Positions 61,623-64,000 of a stretch of DNA of 64,000 nucleotides are shown piece after piece (positions within the stretch are counted from its first letter, which is position 1; each line of letters opens with the position of its first letter). Position numbers and translations under genes: made by a program. The notes beneath the pieces were generated by a model that had not been told where the DNA came from, did not search any database, and worked only from the letters and a program-made list of their open reading frames with translations. This DNA is from Patescibacteria group bacterium (lineage in GTDB: Bacteria; Patescibacteriota; Patescibacteriia; UBA9934; GWF2-40-263): positions 6,270 through 70,269 of the forward strand of contig SCUM01000002.1 in NCBI GenBank assembly GCA_004297215.1. Reading direction: 5' to 3'.

Positions 61623-62168
61623 TTAGGCGTTCTTCTCCTCGATGGGCATCCCGAGCGCTTTCAGGAGCGCCAGGGCCTCGGGCTTCGTCTTCGCGCTGGT
61701 GCCGATCGTCACTTGCAGCCCGTGCACCACCTCGATCTCGTCGCTGCGGATCTCCGGGAACGCGATGTGCTCCTTGAACCCCATCGTGTAGTTGCCCTGG
61801 CCGTCGAATCCCCTCTCCGGCAGGCCGCGGAAGTCGCGCATGCGCGGGATGGAAACCTTGATGAGCTTCTCCAGGAAATCCCACATGCGCGCGCCGCGCA
61901 GGGTCACCTTCATCCCGATCACCATCCCCTCCCGGATCTTGAAGTTGGAGATGGAGATGCGGGCCTTGGTCTTTACCGGCTGCTGCCCGGTGATGCGCCG
62001 CAGCGTGGACTCGGCGGTCTCCAGGAACTTGGCGTCCTTGAGCCCCTTGCTCAATCCGACGTTGAGGGTGACCTTGGTGATTGCGGGCACCGCATGCACG
62101 TTCTTGTACCCGAACGCCTGGCGCAGGGCCGGGATCGCGACGGTCTTGTAGTGTTCTTTCAATGCCAT
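61623..62168 (-). CDS. rplE: 50S ribosomal protein L5
   Basis: [28 protein letters not shown]... Confidence 0.9.
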   Translation of the reverse strand: MALKEHYKTVAIPALRQAFGYKNVHAVPAITKVTLNVGLSKGLKDAKFLETAESTLRRITGQQPVKTKARISISNFKIREGMVIGMKVTLRGARMWDFLEKLIKVSIPRMRDFRGLPERGFDGQGNYTMGFKEHIAFPEIRSDEIEVVHGLQVTIGTSAKTKPEALALLKALGMPIEEKNA

Positions 62169-62172
62169 ACGG

Positions 62173-62499
62173 TTAGCCGATATCCTCCGTTCCGCCCTTC
62201 GTCCGAAGGACGCGCACCTTCGTCCGCTTGCCGGCGGTCTCGAGGAACTTGTAGCCGACGCGGCCCGTCTTCCCGCCCTTCCCGACCACCATCACGTTGG
62301 AGGCGTGGAGCGGCGAGGGGAACTGGATCTTCTGGCCTTTCCCGCCGGAGGCGCGGTTGCCGCGCAGGTGACGCGTGGCGAGGTTCACGCCCTCGACCAC
62401 CACGCGATTGAGCGACGGGAACACTTGCAGGACCTTGCCCTGCTTGCCCTTGTCCTTTCCCGCAATCACGCGGACGATGTCTGTGGTCTTGAGTTTCAT
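62173..62499 (-). CDS. rplX: 50S ribosomal protein L24
   Basis: KOW motif VIAGKDKGKQGKV. Confidence 0.9.
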   Translation of the reverse strand: MKLKTTDIVRVIAGKDKGKQGKVLQVFPSLNRVVVEGVNLATRHLRGNRASGGKGQKIQFPSPLHASNVMVVGKGGKTGRVGYKFLETAGKRTKVRVLRTKGGTEDIG

Positions 62500-62505
62500 A
62501 GGGGT

Positions 62506-62877
62506 CTAGAGCACTTCCGTGGCGAGCGAGATGATCTTCCCGAATCCGCGGGCGCGCAGCTCGCGCGCCACCGGCCCGAAAATGCGCGTCCCCTTGGGGT
62601 CCTTGGTCTTCGGGTCGACGATGACGCCGGCGTTCTCGTCGAAGCGGATGTAGGTGCCGTCCTTGCGGCGCGTCTCCTTATGGGCGCGCACGATCACCAC
62701 GTGCACCACGTCGCTCTTCTTGACGGTGCCGTGAGGCGCGGCTTCCTTGACGACGGCGTTCACCACGTCGCCGATGCCGGCCACGTCCTTCTTGTACCCG
62801 CCGCGCACGCGGATCACCTGGAGCTTCTTCGCCCCGGTGTTGTCGGCCACTTTCAGCATTGTGCGATGTTGCACCAT
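62506..62877 (-). CDS. rplN: 50S ribosomal protein L14
   Basis: [19 protein letters not shown]... Confidence 0.9.
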   Translation of the reverse strand: MVQHRTMLKVADNTGAKKLQVIRVRGGYKKDVAGIGDVVNAVVKEAAPHGTVKKSDVVHVVIVRAHKETRRKDGTYIRFDENAGVIVDPKTKDPKGTRIFGPVARELRARGFGKIISLATEVL

Positions 62878-62878
62878 A

Positions 62879-63130
62879 TCAGGCCTTGTTGATCACGCGC
62901 CACCGCTTGTCGCGGCTGAGCGGGCGGGTCTCCACGAACGAGACGGTCTCCCCGGCCTTGTGGACGTTCCCCTCGTCGTGCACCTTGAACTTCCGGCTTT
63001 GCACGTAGCGCTTGCCGTATTTGGGGTGCACGACGGTGCGGTCCACCCGGACGACGATGGTCTTGTCCATCTTGTCCGAGACGACCGTCCCGACGAACGT
63101 GCGGGCCGTGGTCTTTTGAGGATGTTCCAT
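62879..63130 (-). CDS. rpsQ: 30S ribosomal protein S17
   Basis: [20 protein letters not shown]... Confidence 0.9.
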   Translation of the reverse strand: MEHPQKTTARTFVGTVVSDKMDKTIVVRVDRTVVHPKYGKRYVQSRKFKVHDEGNVHKAGETVSFVETRPLSRDKRWRVINKA

Positions 63131-63140
63131 AACGGGTCGG

Positions 63141-63344
63141 TTAGGCGGAAGCCTTCTCGGCGAGGACCGCGTTCACGCGGGAAAGGCGCAGGCGCGTCTC
63201 GCGCACCTCGCGCACGTCCTTCACCTGGTTGCTCGAGAGCTTGAACGCGCGGTCGCGCAGCCGCGTGCGCAGGATCGCCCGCTCGCGCACGAGCGCCTCG
63301 GACGACTTGCCGCGCAGCTCCTTCAATTCGTCGGTACGCTTCAT
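63141..63344 (-). CDS. rpmC: 50S ribosomal protein L29
   Basis: 67 aa helical protein with KELRGKSSEAL..., an L29-like N-terminus. Confidence 0.85.
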   Translation of the reverse strand: MKRTDELKELRGKSSEALVRERAILRTRLRDRAFKLSSNQVKDVREVRETRLRLSRVNAVLAEKASA

Positions 63345-63354
63345 ATCGCGGGGG

Positions 63355-63774
63355 CTAGAGGACGTCGCGGGTGACGACGCGGGTCTTCATCGGGAGCTTG
63401 TGCCGCGCGAGCTCCATGGCCTCGCGCGCCACCTCGCTCGTGACGCCGTCCATCTCGAACATGACGGTGCCCGGGCGGACGATGGCCACGTAATGGTCCA
63501 CCGCGCCCTTCCCCTTGCCCATCGGCATCTCGGCCCCCTTGGTGGTGACCGGCTTGTCGGGGAAGATGCGGATCCACAGCTTGCCGCCGCGCTTCATCGC
63601 GCGGGTCATGGCGCGGCGCGCCGCCTCGATCTGGCGCGAGCTCACCCACGCCTCGTCCATGGCCTTGAGCCCCCACGAACCGAACGCGAGGCGGATCTTG
63701 CGGGTCGCGACGCGCTTGCCGCGCGCGCGGCCCTTGTGCCACTTGCGATGCTTTACTTTTTTGGGGATAAGCAT
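63355..63774 (-). CDS. rplP: 50S ribosomal protein L16
   Basis: [16 protein letters not shown]... Confidence 0.9.
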   Translation of the reverse strand: MLIPKKVKHRKWHKGRARGKRVATRKIRLAFGSWGLKAMDEAWVSSRQIEAARRAMTRAMKRGGKLWIRIFPDKPVTTKGAEMPMGKGKGAVDHYVAIVRPGTVMFEMDGVTSEVAREAMELARHKLPMKTRVVTRDVL

Positions 63775-63781
63775 ACGGGGA

Positions 63782-63998
63782 CGTTAGGCGGCCCTGGCTT
63801 CGGCCTGGGCGGCGGTCTTGGCCGCGAACTTCTCCCCGCGATTCACCCATACCTTGATGCCGATGGTGCCGTAGATGGTATAGGCGGTCTCGCGGGCGAA
63901 ATCGATGTCCGCGCGCAGGTTGTGCAGCGGGATCTTGCCGCTCGCGAGCGTCTCCACGCGGGCGATCTCGGCGCCGTTGAGGCGTCCGCCGATGGTGA
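63782..63998 (-). CDS. rpsC: 30S ribosomal protein S3, C-terminal part (gene runs off the window)
   Basis: Manual translation of the minus strand gives ...[41 protein letters not shown]...AEARAA-stop, i.e. the S3 C-terminus. Confidence 0.85.
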
Positions 63999-64000
63999 TC

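Overview
This is a roughly 64 kb (63,998 nt), about 65% GC, densely packed bacterial chromosomal segment with most genes on the minus strand. Recognisable content includes a tmRNA abutting smpB; infC-rpmI-rplT; and a long co-directional block running pyk, ftsZ, ftsA, dgkA, ybeY, three tandem paralogous small membrane proteins and three very large secreted or surface proteins (613, 2425 and 1653 aa). Further along are yqeY-rpsU, hisS, lepB, an LCP-family protein, der, pth, dprA, topA, rel, parAB, a tRNA operon (Leu-Met-fMet), a GT4 glycosyltransferase, a D-Ala-D-Ala carboxypeptidase, scpAB, aspS, asnS, recO, ruvX, map and adk. The window ends with the S10/spc ribosomal-protein run from rpsC (partial) through L16, L29, S17, L14, L24, L5, S14(Z), S8, L6, L18, S5 and L15 to secY. 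There is no L30 gene between S5 and L15, S14 is the short zinc-ribbon type, and the giant proteins carry pilin-like N-terminal modules; together these suggest a reduced-genome lineage (possibly Patescibacteria/CPR-like despite the high GC), but this is inference only. The most unusual items are an orphan two-gene membrane/coiled-coil module between rplT and tRNA-Asp; the giant-protein block; two families of dispersed palindromic repeats, one of which also sits in-frame inside coding sequences; and a small lower-GC insert between dprA and topA carrying an ORF6N-domain gene. No CRISPR array, rRNA or transposase was found. Many long ORFs antisense to real genes are GC-driven artefacts.
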